From Lytechinus pictus (lineage: Eukaryota), in assembly GCF_037042905.1 (NCBI RefSeq), contig NC_087252.1, positions 24,862,001 through 24,926,000 on the forward strand: a stretch of DNA of 64,000 nucleotides. The letters run 5' to 3'. Positions 1-26,557 of the stretch are shown piece by piece. A program made the translations under genes and the position numbers. The notes under the pieces are model-generated. The model was not told the DNA's origin. It saw nothing but the letters and a program-made list of their open reading frames with translations, and did not search any database. Each line of letters begins with the position of its first letter. Within the stretch, counting starts at the first letter, position 1.

Positions 1-116
1 ACAAACGTGAGCCGCAAATTGGAGCTGTACTAAATGAAGAAACAGGTTTATAACGATGTTGTGTTAAAAAAACCAAAAATATTAATCAAACTAAGAATAG
101 ATGATGAAATCTCTAT

Positions 117-4707
<4,591 letters not shown>

Positions 4708-4767
4708 GTTTGAAGATTTATCGTTAAAGGCGACAAAAATGCTAAGAAAATATATCAAACAGATGTA

Positions 4768-4998
4768 TTGCTCTGAGGACGTCTGATGCGTAGCGCTAGC
4801 AATTCCCAAATGTGACGGTTTATCACATCAGCCTGTATTCATAATTCATGTTTTGTTTACTAATATTAAGCAGTCAGCGAATGATGAATGTGTTACTAGC
4901 TAGCCACAAAGGGTGCATAACGTTTCTATGGTAGCTATTATGATCTGCAACAATGGTTGCTTAATGTAACTTACCAACAGAGAGAATCATTTCAGGCG
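4768..4998 (-). promoter_or_regulatory. Conserved promoter block of tubulin A with forkhead site (TGTTTAC 4854-4860) and RFX X-box (GTTTCTATGGTAGC 4922-4935)
   Basis: About 230 bp align closely with 20728-20967 while flanks diverge. Motifs match the known forkhead core and X-box consensus. Confidence 0.75.
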
Positions 4999-5119
4999 TC
5001 GATGAACCCTCGAGTAAGGGTGGATTCAGAATTTACCAGAGGGTCACCCCCCGAAAATACCTAGGGGTCATGGCTCACTTGACACCCCACCCCTGATCTG
5101 CAGCTTCTGCCGTCTATAA

Positions 5120-5724
5120 AGCGATGGTCCATGCTGAGAATATTTATATTTAAATAAATAGAGTAAAATTCACAAAAGACAATGCCGAAAATTTCATCAA
5201 AATCGGATAACAAATAACGAAGTTATTGAATATTAAAGTTTATCAATATTTTGTGAAAACAGCTCATATGCACATCGTCATGAATATTTATAAGGTGGGC
5301 TGATGATGTCACATCCCCACTTTCCTTTATCTTATGTTATTACATGAAATCATAATTCTTTTACTTTTGCATACATGTGTAAATGATGTGTCTCCATTAT
5401 TATGAAATAAGTTATGGCAATGAATAACTAATGCAATTAATCAGTTGTCAATCCTATTGTTTTAGTTCTTGGTAGAATTTTTTTAAATCAACCTAATTTT
5501 ATATAATAAAATACAACAGAACAAGTGGGGTTATGGCATCATCAGCCCACCTGATGAATATTCATGAAGAAATGCCTAGAACTGTTTCACCGGAATAATG
5601 CAAATCTTTAGAATTCAATAACTTCGTTATTTGTTATCCGATTTTGATGAAATTTTCAGCAATTTGCTTTGTGAATTTTAATCTATATTTTTAGATATAA
5701 ATATTTTCAGCCCGGACCATCCCT
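5120..5724. mobile_element. Kolobok-type non-autonomous element (AGGGATGGTCC family)
   Basis: Long inverted arms; right end GGACCATCCCT|TTAA; second copy at 16852-17422. Confidence 0.8.
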
Positions 5725-6068
5725 TTAATGAAAATGGGGTTTCGGGGGACAAGGACTTAGATAAATATATAGTGCTGTGGAATAATGATTATGGTCAGGG
5801 GCACCAGGGCACTTTGATTAGGGGCAAAGACGGCTTAGAAACGTCATCATATTTTTTCTCAATATAATTATTACTAGGTAACGATGCATATATCTCTCCT
5901 TTTTACTCAATTTCTTATTTTCCCCCTCTTTCTCCTCACTGTATCACTACAGGAAAAGACATAGAAGAATAATCACCTCTGCCCCTGCGTGACACTTACT
6001 CTGATAATAGTGATGGTAATCATCTTAAATCCTGTAATTGCATCATCAACGTGGTAAGTTTTTTTTAA

Positions 6069-6665
6069 AGGACAAGTCCATCCCAACAAAAACTTGATTT
6101 GAATAAAAAGAGAAAATCCAACAAGCATAACACTGAAAATTTCATCCAAATCGGATGTAAAATAAAAAAGTATTATGACATTTTGAAGTTTCGCTTAATT
6201 TCACAAAACAGTAATATTCACATCCTGGTCGGTAATCAAATGAGGGGACCGATGACATCACTCACTCACTATTTCTTTTGTATTTAGTTATATGAAATAT
6301 TCACATTTTCTCCCCGTTTACCTGTGAAACAAAGTTTTGTTCCTCCCTCAACATGTGGTATTGCCATTGTTTAACATGTTATGATTCAGTCAAGTTGGTC
6401 CTTATTTTCAAATTTGTAAAAATGGAAATATTGTATAATAATTCAAACAATGAAAATTAAAAGAAATAGTGAGTGACATCACCGACTCTCTCATTTGCAT
6501 GTCACTGGAGTAGTGCATATAACCATTTTGTGAAAAATAAGCGAAACTTTAAATTGTCATAACTTTCTTATTTTACATCCGATTTTGATGAATTTTTCTG
6601 CGTTATGCTTGTTTGATTTTTCTCTATTCATTTAAATCAACATTTTTCTGGGGTGGTCTTGACCT
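6069..6665. mobile_element. Kolobok-type non-autonomous element (AGGACAAGTCCA family)
   Basis: TTAA on both sides, AGG...CCT ends and long imperfect inverted arms. Confidence 0.8.
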
Positions 6666-6824
6666 TTAATTGAAGGGTATGTATGAGCAACGTACAAATA
6701 TACCTCTTATTTCCCCATCTTCTCCTCTTTGAAGACGCACTACCAGTTCATGTGGCGACATGGGCGTGATAATTATTATAAATATTCTGCTTTTGTAATT
6801 TTTATACAGGGATATCGAAGGAAC

Positions 6825-7125
6825 AACATTTATAAGCGCTTAACGAATGTTTTATTCCCACTTGTGTATGATTCTGGCATGCCAACACACATTACAAGCA
6901 CATTATCCACTCCCTGTGGAGTGTTTCTCTAACAGTTTCCAACTCAATGGTTCGGCATAGGAGAGTTTTTTTCAAATCATTATCCACTGGGTAGGTCTAC
7001 CCATTTTATAAGCTGGGTAGGGAGTGGCAAAGTTGATACCTTGACAGGGATGCTCGGCCACCGTGGGATTCGAACATACGACCCTCTGATTGCAAGGTGA
7101 GAGTGGAAACCGCTGTACCAAGACG
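6825..7125 (-). mobile_element. tRNA-derived SINE, decayed
   Basis: B box (GGGATTCGAAC on +) near 7065; body and tail resemble 45930-46205. Confidence 0.65.
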
Positions 7126-8280
7126 ATTTGCATCTATTTCACAATATGCAATAGTTATGTCCTTAACATGAAATCATAGAATTTTAAGCAGTATTCTACC
7201 TAAACAAATTAACTTTCCGCTGTTATTGACGTGACTCTGGAATTTAAACTTTTTCCAATGGTTTAATCCTGCTGTGTATGATCTTTCCGAGGTAACTCAC
7301 TTTTTGGTAAACTTCATTTTGCGTGCTGAAAATAATAATAAAAAAGACATTAAATAGTCATCATCCCAACCTTTCCTCCTATCACACAATAATATTAAAG
7401 TATGAATCATACGATGTTACCATGGCTGCAGTCACATTGATAAAACAGGACCCAGACCGACAAAAGCTATAACGTTATTGCCATTGACTTATCATCGGTC
7501 GCTCTGTCCGTGTATCAATGGTGTGACTGTAACACATCCCTTGCTTGTTATAAACCAACCCATCAATTCTCACGCGTCGTTGATTCCTTTCATGAAGCAA
7601 AAAGATTAATATCTATAGAGAGAAGGTTTATGAATTTCAACTTATTGCCTGGGTCATGCAGTTTGTATGCAGTTGCATGGTTACTTTTGAAGCTCCTTGG
7701 TTACGAGTAGAGTTGTTTATTCTCTCACACGAGGTCCCAGTGGCGCTTTGAGCCAGAAATTTGGAGGGGGCTAGACTACATGGCATATCTGGCGAAATTT
7801 CTTACAAGCTACGGGCGAACGAAGCGCGCGATCATTTTTTTACCTTTAAATATAAAGATCTAATTTCGTAAAAGATTTTGACATTATATTCAGAAAATGA
7901 TATGTTTATTTCCTTTTGCTTTCCTATATCTTTATCTCTCTCTCTCTTTTTTCTTAGTCTTGAAAATATGTACGCCAGTGCGAGGTCATGTAACAAAGTT
8001 TCAGTCTGATCAGTGTTCATTATTATATGCCTAATACTATATGATCTCTGGTGGGGTTGGGGGCTTTCAATACAAGCCAGACCCGAAACAAATAATCATC
8101 CTTCAATTTCAGAATACCCCCAAATACTTGTATTTTGCCATGTTCTCTCTTACCTGAGTAATGTCCAAATATTTGAATTTCATGAGAGGGATGAGAGGTA
8201 GGCCCTTCTATCCTGATTTTTTTTTTTCATTTTGAAAGTTGAAACCCTTTTCACTGTACTCGTGGACATAGCCTGGTCAT

Positions 8281-9147
8281 CAGGGGCGTCGATCCATTTT
8301 TCAGATTGGGGGGGGGGGCGAAATCATTAACGTTCCAAAGGNNNNNNNNNNNNNNNNNNNNNNNNNNNNNNNNNNNNNNNNNNNNNNNNNNNNNNNNNNN
8401 NNNNNNNNNNNNNNNNNNNNNNNNNNNNNNNNNNNNNNNNNNNNNNNNNNNNNNNNNNNNNNNNNNNNNNNNNNNNNNNNNNNNNNNNNNNNNNNNNNNN
8501 NNNNNNNNNNNNNNNNNNNNNNNNNNNNNNNNNNNNNNNNNNNNNNNNNNNNNNNNACAGACACGTATCTCACTACACAGATAGTACGAGTGCCGAGAGT
8601 GAGCTCAAATTTCTTTATATTCTGAGCTGAAAACTTGATATTCTAAGCATTTTTGGTACCAATGATTAAGATTTGTATCTAAAAGAGAATAGATGCGAGC
8701 GCGAAGCGCGAGCTGAAAATTTTGATATTTCGATCTGAAAAAATGACAGTTTACTGGACGTTTTTGATAAAGAACAAGCTATATATCCAAGAAAAGATGA
8801 TTGCAAATTGAAGCAGTTCTTTTGAGGCTTAGAACTGAAAATGGGACATTTACATTCACCAATTTAATCATGAAAAGTATGGGTTTTTGCTACAGAAATG
8901 ATGCGAGCGCGAAGCGCGAGCTGAAATTTTTTATATTCCAATCTGAAAAGCGGACATTTTGAGCACGATTTTAAATAAAGAACGAGTTGTGTATCTCAAT
9001 CTCGCTTGCTGAACATTACAATCTTGTTTTTTTTTAATGCATATCCGGAATTATTGGGGGGCAAAATGATATGTTTGCCCCCCCAATATTTTCATTGGTG
9101 GGGCGATCGCCCCCCCCCCCCCTGCCCCCCCAGGATCGACGCCTCTG
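8281..9147. mobile_element. hAT-type MITE with G/C-run subtermini (contains assembly gap 8342-8556)
   Basis: TIR CAG(G/A)GGCGTCGATCC; exact 8-bp TSD CTGGTCAT; near-identical inverted copy at 22831-23490. Confidence 0.9.
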
Positions 9148-9727
9148 CTGGTCATGAATATTGACAATTAGATATCAAGACTACCGTCAATGTTACATGC
9201 TTTTGATCGAGAGGAGTTATTCTAATTTCACAATTTGTTCATGCTTCCAAAACAGGCTTTCGTTGTTTAAGTTTTAACCCCATAATAGCATACATGTATA
9301 TACGTGTGTCCTTAGTATTTTCTAAGTATTTCCTCTTCTTCGTTGAAAGGTTGATTGCACCATTTAATTAAATCTACATTTTTAAAATTATACTCCACAA
9401 CATTGGCCTACAAAAATTATATTGCAAGTATCAAGCGAGCAAAAAGTTTACCTTTTTTTAAAATGAAAGTCTAATTTTGTAGCGTATTTTGTCATTTTGT
9501 TTCATGTTTAATATTTTACCTTATATCCCCCCTTTTTCTCGGCTTACGTTTTTTTTTCTTGGGGGGGGGGGGGGGGGAGGTACACAAGCGCCGCAGTCTA
9601 TAAGCCAGTGCCCTTCATAAATCTAGTATCACATGATATGTTCTCTTTTTTATATTCGTTTACTGATCATGAATTGGACAGTGTGGAAAATTATTATTTA
9701 AAAAAAGTCACCCCGGCTTTTTCCCAC

Positions 9728-9896
9728 ACTGTATGTAAAAAATTATGTGCCAATTTAGCACTTACAGTGCTTGTATAGTGACTGCACTACGAGTGCTGAT
9801 ATTCTAGTTTAAATTTGAACTAGAAAATCAGCACTCGTAGTGCAGTCACTATACAAGCACTGTAAGTGCTAAATTAGCACTTCATTTCTTACAGTG
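9728..9896. mobile_element. Palindromic CACTG-ended MITE (CACTA/CMC-like)
   Basis: Near-perfect fold-back centred at about 9812; ends CACTGTA...TACAGTG. Confidence 0.75.
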
Positions 9897-10628
9897 CATT
9901 TTCTTCCGTTTGAATCAGTCCCTTTGTACGTAACTCAGATCTATTAAATTCATTGTTACATAACTAGTTCCATTTTCCGCCAAAAATTAGATCCAACACA
10001 CACTCACACATAAGCATTATCCAACTGACATATGTGACAGTCATTAACACACACACACTACCCACCCACAAAAGCAAACACGCTCTCTCACACACTGTCT
10101 CTTCGGCCTACACACGTCCCACCCACATATCGTCCCACCCTTACACACCTTAACATCAATCTGGATCCACAACAACACACACCCCCAAACTATATAACTT
10201 CCTCTCCCACATCTTCCCACCCACTTTCTCATCCTATCAAACCATGAAATCTTCACACTCTTTCGAATTATGCTGGAATTTCATTGTTTAACTTAAGTTA
10301 AAATCAGTCAATCTCCCCCGTCTCTTAATAATTAACCACCGACGTACACCTCACACCACACACACTGTCATACACACACATCTTTACTTCTATTTTCACG
10401 CTCTCTCTGTCCTCTTTCATTCCCGAGCACACAGATAAAATTACACATTATTTAGCATTCATTTCAGACACACATATCGAGGCTCCCCCCACCTCTGTCT
10501 CTATCTCACTCGCTCGCTCTCTCTCCCTCTCTACACATGTATATTTATCTTTTTATCTCCATCCCACTCTTTACATTAAAAAGGTAATTGAACTTGCAAA
10601 TCATGTGATCAGGTTGAAATAAAATTAT

Positions 10629-10673
10629 TTTATTGCATTTGATACCTGGAAAATTCATATAAATTCTTTTATT
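10629..10673 (-). terminator. Candidate polyadenylation signals (AATAAA x2) of tubulin B
   Basis: TTTATT on + at 10629-10634 and 10668-10673, about 430-470 nt after the stop codon. Confidence 0.45.
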
Positions 10674-11100
10674 CAGCCCTTCTGGATCTTATTTAACTCA
10701 ACCCTTCTCATATTTTTTAAACTTACTTACGCAATATACTTTACTGACTTTTTTTCTTTTTTGAGGGGGGGGGGGGGGATAAATTTGGGCTCACATTTAA
10801 TTGTTTGTAAAGCGATAGGGAAGGCCACTGCTTTACTGAATCACTGACATAAGAAATATTGATTTTGATTATTGAGTTTGCAAACAATTCTGTATTAAAG
10901 TATCTGTAATGTAATTAAATTTCACCATAAACACGAAAAATTACCAAGTCGGAGTACTTTTGTTTGTAACGAGGTCTGTAAACAAACGCGAGCCGCAAAT
11001 TGGAGTTGTACTAAATGAAGAAACAGGTTTTAACGATGTTGTGTTAAAAAAAACAAAAATATTAATCGAACTAAGAATAGATGATGAGATCTCTAGCTAT

Positions 11101-20675
<9,575 letters not shown>

Positions 20676-20727
20676 GATTGAAGATTTGTTGTTGAAGGTG
20701 ATACAAGTACTTAAAAACGGTAGGTTG

Positions 20728-20967
20728 ATTGCTCCGAGGACGTCTGATGCGTAGCGCGAGCAATTCCCAAATGTGACGGTTTATCATATCGGCCGTGTAT
20801 TCATAATTCATATCTTGTTTACTGATATTCAGCAGTCAGTAACTGGTGAATCTAGGTTGCTAGCTAGTCACAAAGGGTGCATAACGTTTCCATGGTAGCT
20901 ATTATGATCTGCAATAATGGACGCTCATTGCCACTGACCAACAGATCGAGAGAATCATTTCAGGCGT
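20728..20967 (-). promoter_or_regulatory. Conserved promoter block of tubulin B with forkhead site (20816-20822) and X-box (GTTTCCATGGTAGC 20886-20899)
   Basis: Paralogous to 4768-4998; directly upstream of the ATG exon. Confidence 0.75.
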
Positions 20968-22374
20968 AGAACCCTAATGTAGCATGCGGTGTAGGGATTG
21001 GTCTGGGTTTTATCACAGGGCATGCAAGGGGGGATGAATGGGAAGAAAAAAATGGGGGAACATTTTCTAGGGACTAGGCCTATTAGCTCTCCCCCTTGAT
21101 CCACAACTACAGTCAATAAATTAATAATGGTTATGATGGGACTGGGGGCTGCAAATGTTTAATGTTTTGGAATGATGAAGAAGGAGTTGTATATTGTGGT
21201 CGTACATTTGGAATGGCCACTTTAATGTTTTATTTTTGTCAAACGGAAGTTCACAATATATTTCTGATTAATCAATTTATTTATTTGTTTATTTATCTAT
21301 TTTTTTATTTATTCATTTATTTATTTATTATAAAATAAAGTATCATTAAACAGGACAACATGCTTAGATTATTGATTGTTTTTTAACATTGTCCTGTTAA
21401 AATAAGATAGGAATAAGAACAATAGATACATAAAAGAGTACTTATAATATAGGTACGACAAATATCATGAATTCAGTTCAAGAAAATCAGAAAAATCACT
21501 GATACAAAATCGTTAAACATAATACAAAAAAATTCATGAGGCATCGGTGAAATGAGAAAAGTTATCATAGACAAAAAAATAAAACAGGGTGACAGGGTGT
21601 ATGCTTCAATTCTATCCTAATTTGGGCATGTGGCAGGAGAATCAATGGTTACTAGATCTAGAGCCCAGCCCTTCCCCCACTCTTTATTGGTCCTCAAGAC
21701 TTTATTCTGTTTAAATGTTTAAGGTTGAGCCACGACAACTTCACAATTATGATCATCATTATGAAACACGATGTTCTGGCAGTCGACCATCAATGCAATC
21801 GTGATTAATACAACACTCACTGGTAACCTATAATGACCAGCCCCCCCCCCCCCCCCCGCTGACATGCCCTACTTGGGGGCATGCTCCCTCCCCCTTGCAC
21901 TGGTTATACGTGCGTGTTTTGAAGTGCTATGTTGCTAAGCGATGCATTGCCATGCGTCGCTGAATCCTTTCACAAATCATAATGGGTGACATTTCTAAAG
22001 AATATTAATTTCAAGTTATCTCTGGGACCAAAAGTTTATACGACATGCGTTAGATAGTTGCATGGTATTAAAAACACCAATGTTGCGAAATATGACTAGA
22101 CACAACAGTTGCACCCAACTTACCACTTATCTATTAATTTTTATAGTAGTTTTTAGAATGTATCAGTGGTTCACATGATATTGGAGTGGAGGGCATATCA
22201 TCTACAGATGCGGGACATAACATTTTGATTTTAGACTCTGTTCCCGGCATTACTGGCGTATGGATTCATTCATCGCAGCCATGCCTTATTTTGGCGCAAA
22301 TCGAACTTTACATCACAAATAATTCATAGCATTCATGGATCAGCACCACAATACAGTCTTTCATTTATCAATTA

Positions 22375-22660
22375 CTACAGACCAAGTACGTCTTTATCCG
22401 CTCATCCACTTCTGGCTCCCTTGTTATTCCAAAAGTCTCTAAAAATGCATGCCCCACTTTGTGGAATAGCCTTCCTGAAGACATCAAAAATGTACCTCTG
22501 TCAAGACTTTAGAAAATCTTCTCAAAACTATTTTATTTAACTAATAGCTCTTTGTTCGGCTTGAACACTCTACAGAGTGGCTTTGGCACTTTATAAGTCA
22601 TATTATTATTATTTATTTTTTAATCATTATTATTATTATTATTATCATTACTATTATAAA
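22375..22660 (+). mobile_element. L2-type LINE/SINE 3' tail
   Basis: PTLWNSLP...F...LKT-like coding remnant followed by an (ATT)n tail. Confidence 0.55.
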
Positions 22661-22830
22661 ATACATCCTGATTATCCAAACGTTAACATGCACGTACCAC
22701 ATAAATATGGTATGAAGTTATTAGGGAGAAAATACCTCTTTCAGGCAATATATAAGAATTATGTGTTCATGACACATTTTTTTTCTTTAAATTTGGGATC
22801 AGTGAGGTGTAATTTTTTATCACTCACACG

Positions 22831-23490
22831 CAGAGGCGTCGATCCTGGGGGGGGGGGGGGGGGCAGGGGAAGGTGGCGATCGCCCCACCAATGAAAATAT
22901 TGGGGGGGGGCAAACATATCATTTTGCCCCCCCCCCCAATAATTCCGGATATGCATAAAAAAAAACAAGATTGTAATGTTCAGCAGGCGAGATTGAGATA
23001 CACAACTCGTTCTTTATTTAAAATCGTGCTCAAAATTTCCGCTTTTCAGATTGGAATATAAAAATTTTCAGCTCGCGCTTCGCGCTCGCATCATTTTTGT
23101 AACAAAAACCCATACTTTTCATGATTAAATTGGTGAATGTAAATGTCCCGTTTTCAGTTCTAAGCCTCAAAAGAACTGCTTCAATTTGCAATCATCTTTT
23201 CTTGGATATATAGCTTGTTTTTTATCAAAAACGTCCAGTAAACTGTCATTTTTTCAGATCGAAATATCAAAATTTTCAGCTCGCGCTTCGCGCTCGCATC
23301 TATTCTTCTTTTAGATACAAATCTTAATCATTGGTTCCAAAAATGCTTAGAATATCAAGTTTTCAGCTCAGAATATAAAGAAGTTTGAGCTCACTCTCGG
23401 CACTCGTACTATCTGTGTAGTGAGAGCGCCTTTGGAACGTTAATGATTTTGCCCCCCCCCCCCAATCTGAAAAATGGATCGACGCCCCTG
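22831..23490. mobile_element. hAT-type MITE, inverted copy of 8281-9147
   Basis: Same TIRs; exact 8-bp TSD CTCACACG. Confidence 0.92.
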
Positions 23491-23596
23491 CTCACACGGT
23501 ATGCGATGTTGGGAAAGTTCCAACCAGCCGGCATCATATAGTGTTCATGGTGTGTTCACAGTCTTTCCACATGCATAGTAGAATATGTGAAGGCAC

Positions 23597-23826
23597 ACTG
23601 CAAAAACTCCGGTGTTGATTTAACACCAGCCCGGAATCTATTTATGTCCACACCAGAGAAGTGTTTAACAATTTCGTATTGGTCTAACACCAGAAAGGTG
23701 TTTATACAACACCAATTAGCATTAAAGCAGCATCGGTTTGATTCCGAACTGGTGTTGTTTTAATACTTCTCTGGTGTGGACTTAAATAGATTCCGGGCTG
23801 GTGTTAAATCAACACCGGAGTTTTTA
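23597..23826. mobile_element. Palindromic CACTGCAAAAACTCCGG MITE, right end clipped
   Basis: Fold-back arms; full copy at 57753-57997. Confidence 0.8.
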
Positions 23827-23938
23827 ATTCACACCGTTATAATGTTAAAATCCGTCCGTGTAAAGATAATTTTACACTATCTGTGGACACCTCTATAGTG
23901 TGAAAAATCACTGTGTGTTCATTTTATGGACTATATAA

Positions 23939-24085
23939 GGGCGTCGTGGTCTAGTGGTTTAATGACTCTCGTATTTCAATATGAGGGACATGGGTTCGAT
24001 TCCATACTATGCATGGCGTATTTTCCTTCAGCAAGACCTTTTTCCACATTGTGATGCACTCAACACAGGCAGGCAAGGTGAATTA
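23939..24085 (+). mobile_element. tRNA-derived SINE 5' part
   Basis: A and B boxes and body shared with the 14427 copy. Confidence 0.78.
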
Positions 24086-24679
24086 TGCGAACATGTGATT
24101 CACGCATATATTCTTTAAAACTGTTAAGCCGACACCGAACGCTATAATGTTACACCAGGGAGTTTGGAGTTAGACCCTGGTTACACTAACATAACCATAT
24201 CTAACCCGCCCAACGTAATGTCATTGGTAATATATGGTAAAGGCTTTGGTGGAACTGTATCAGTTACGACACTGTGATTGTGTCATTGCTGATGATGACA
24301 ATCCTTCTTTTGCAAGTTGTGTTTGCTATAAATTAGAAGTACATAATATTTGTTCAGAATTATATCATGCTATCATTTTTTTTCTCTATGATTCATGCTC
24401 AAAACAGATTTTCAAAAATCTGTTTTGAGCATGAATCAAATTGACAAGCAAAAAAAAAAAAAAAGGTATTCAAGTCAGGGGGGCAATAAAGGTCTTCAAG
24501 CTCGTTAGGGGGGGGGGCAAAAAAGGTCTTTCAAGCTCGTCAGGGGGGCAGGGATACGTCCTTTGCATGGGTTGTGGCTCGTCAGGGGGGCAGACTGCTC
24601 CCCTGCCCCCCCCCCCCCGTAGGTACGCTAGTGACCCTGACCTTCAGTTATTAAAACTGTGTGTTAATGAGGGCACCTG

Positions 24680-24812
24680 GGGCCCGTAACACAAAGCTAC
24701 ATGTACGCAATCATCATAGAACATGTTAACGTTTGATTGCATTGGCTACAATGTTCAATCAATCGTGAAAATCAAGCTTACGATTAATCGCCAACCTTTG
24801 TGGTACTGGACC
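24680..24812. mobile_element. Harbinger-like MITE
   Basis: GGGCCCGTAACACAAAG...CTTTGTGGTACTGGACC with CTG on both sides; partial relative at about 56975-57080. Confidence 0.6.
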
Positions 24813-25202
24813 CTGATGTTACAGTGAATCTGAATTGAAAAGGCGCCCTCTTATACAACCTTCTCCAACAATATAAGATAGTAGTATGGGGGGGGGGGGG
24901 GGGCTTGGAGATCATGGACTCCGACATTTTTTTTACAACTAAGAAAAAAGGGAGAAGAAGGGGAAAATGAATGGAAAATGAATGAAATGTACTATAGTTT
25001 TTAATAAAATCTAGGCCACAAAATTAGACTTGCTAGAAAGGTAAAAATTGTTACTCCCTCTTTTCGTTCTCTGGCAGCTTTAATGAATTTTGCCCCTACG
25101 TCGTGCAAATCAAATCCCGAAAGACGTGACCGGGGCTCGATCCTCGAACCTCTGCATTCATCATTGTAACTTCCCCACATAGGCTCACGCTGCAACGTCC
25201 AT

Positions 25203-25480
25203 GGGTGCGTCGTGGCTTAGTGGTACTTTCAAACAGAAGATCATGGGTTGGACTCTCAATCATGGCGTGTTTTTCTTCGATCAGCAAGAAACCCATCCAC
25301 ATTGTGCTACACTCAACCCAGGTGAGGTGATCAATGGGTAACTGGCATGGTTAATTACTTCATTGTTTGAGCGCTGCTGAAGAAGCTATGTACAGCTAAA
25401 TAAGGTATATAGCTGCGTTGGCAATAGTTGCGATGTTCATCCTCTAGAAAGATCACTATACAAATATAGCTATAATCAAT
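25203..25480 (+). mobile_element. tRNA-derived SINE
   Basis: Degenerate A/B boxes and the CACTCAACCCAGGTGAGGT...AATGGGTA body. Confidence 0.7.
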
Positions 25481-26545
25481 ATAAGCTAATAATATTGAAA
25501 TCCTAAATTAAGTAAGGGAACGGTAATACACGATCATGGTGAAAAATAGAGATCTCAATAAAAGCATCACTCGTAAAAGAAAAGTCCTTGATGACATTTA
25601 TAGGTTATAGTTCGTGAACGCTGAGGCATTCTTGGTTTTGCAACAAATATAGATACATGTACAAACATGATTATGAAACCTAAAGAATATTAAGTGTTGG
25701 GAGAACAGACTATGCACGAAAGGTGGCAAAAGCGAGACAGATATACGGAGAAGAGTAGAAAGAATAACCTTATATGATCATGATAATTAAAATGATCAAT
25801 GAGAGATCGAAAGTCCTTTATTGTTTTCGTATAACAAGGAGCGCCTTGAGCACCTAGCAAGGTGGATATGTGCGCAATATAAATACCCTATATTATTATT
25901 ATTATAATGAATGTGGTTTTTTTTGTCTGCCCCTTTGTAAAATCAACATGAAACAGTTGCTCTTCGGTATGCAAATGAACCTTCATCTTCGATGCATAGT
26001 AGACAGTCTCTGACTATTGGGTCAAAAGATTTCAAGGAGTTTTATGATATGATATTTGTCATCCCATTGTTCCCATTTTCTCATTGTTGTGAACGTTGAT
26101 TCAAAAACCGGGAGCAAATATTGTTTCTGCGCCGTTCTCTCTGTTTTTCCGACTCCTTCTTCTGTTTCGTTCGAAGGCCATATTGGACAATCGGACCGAC
26201 TGTACTTGGTGCCCTCTTTGTACCGGACCAGTGAAGCAGTGAATACGCCCACCGTGACCCAATTGTCCTCTGAAATCACGTAATTGTCGAATGGCGTTGG
26301 GCACAACACTTATCTCAGGCCTATACTCAGCAGGTCAGGGTATCCGAGAATAACCAAAGGCTTCGGATTGCATGCAGTAAGGGATATATTCAGGATCTTA
26401 CTTTATCCCACGTTGTAACTGTATGTCATTACTGTGAATATACACATCAACAAGTGGGAGGATTTTCAGAGTAATTTCGATGTCGGATGGGCATCTAAAA
26501 CTGGATATCTATTAAGAAAGTCATCTGAAATCTGGGAGTCTGAAC

Positions 26546-26557
26546 ATGGCGGATGAG
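26546..26557 (+). CDS. Putative first coding exon (M-A-D-E) of the SEA/LDLa type II membrane protein
   Basis: AACATGG start context; ATG GCG GAT GAG|GTGAGT is a consensus phase-0 donor matching the phase-0 acceptor at 49303. No comparable candidate seen in 47950-49300. Confidence 0.55.

Noticed and set aside
8301-8584. ORFs containing X runs (also 61825-62965)
   Set aside because: Artefacts of N gaps at 8342-8556, 62100-62338 and 62570-62868.
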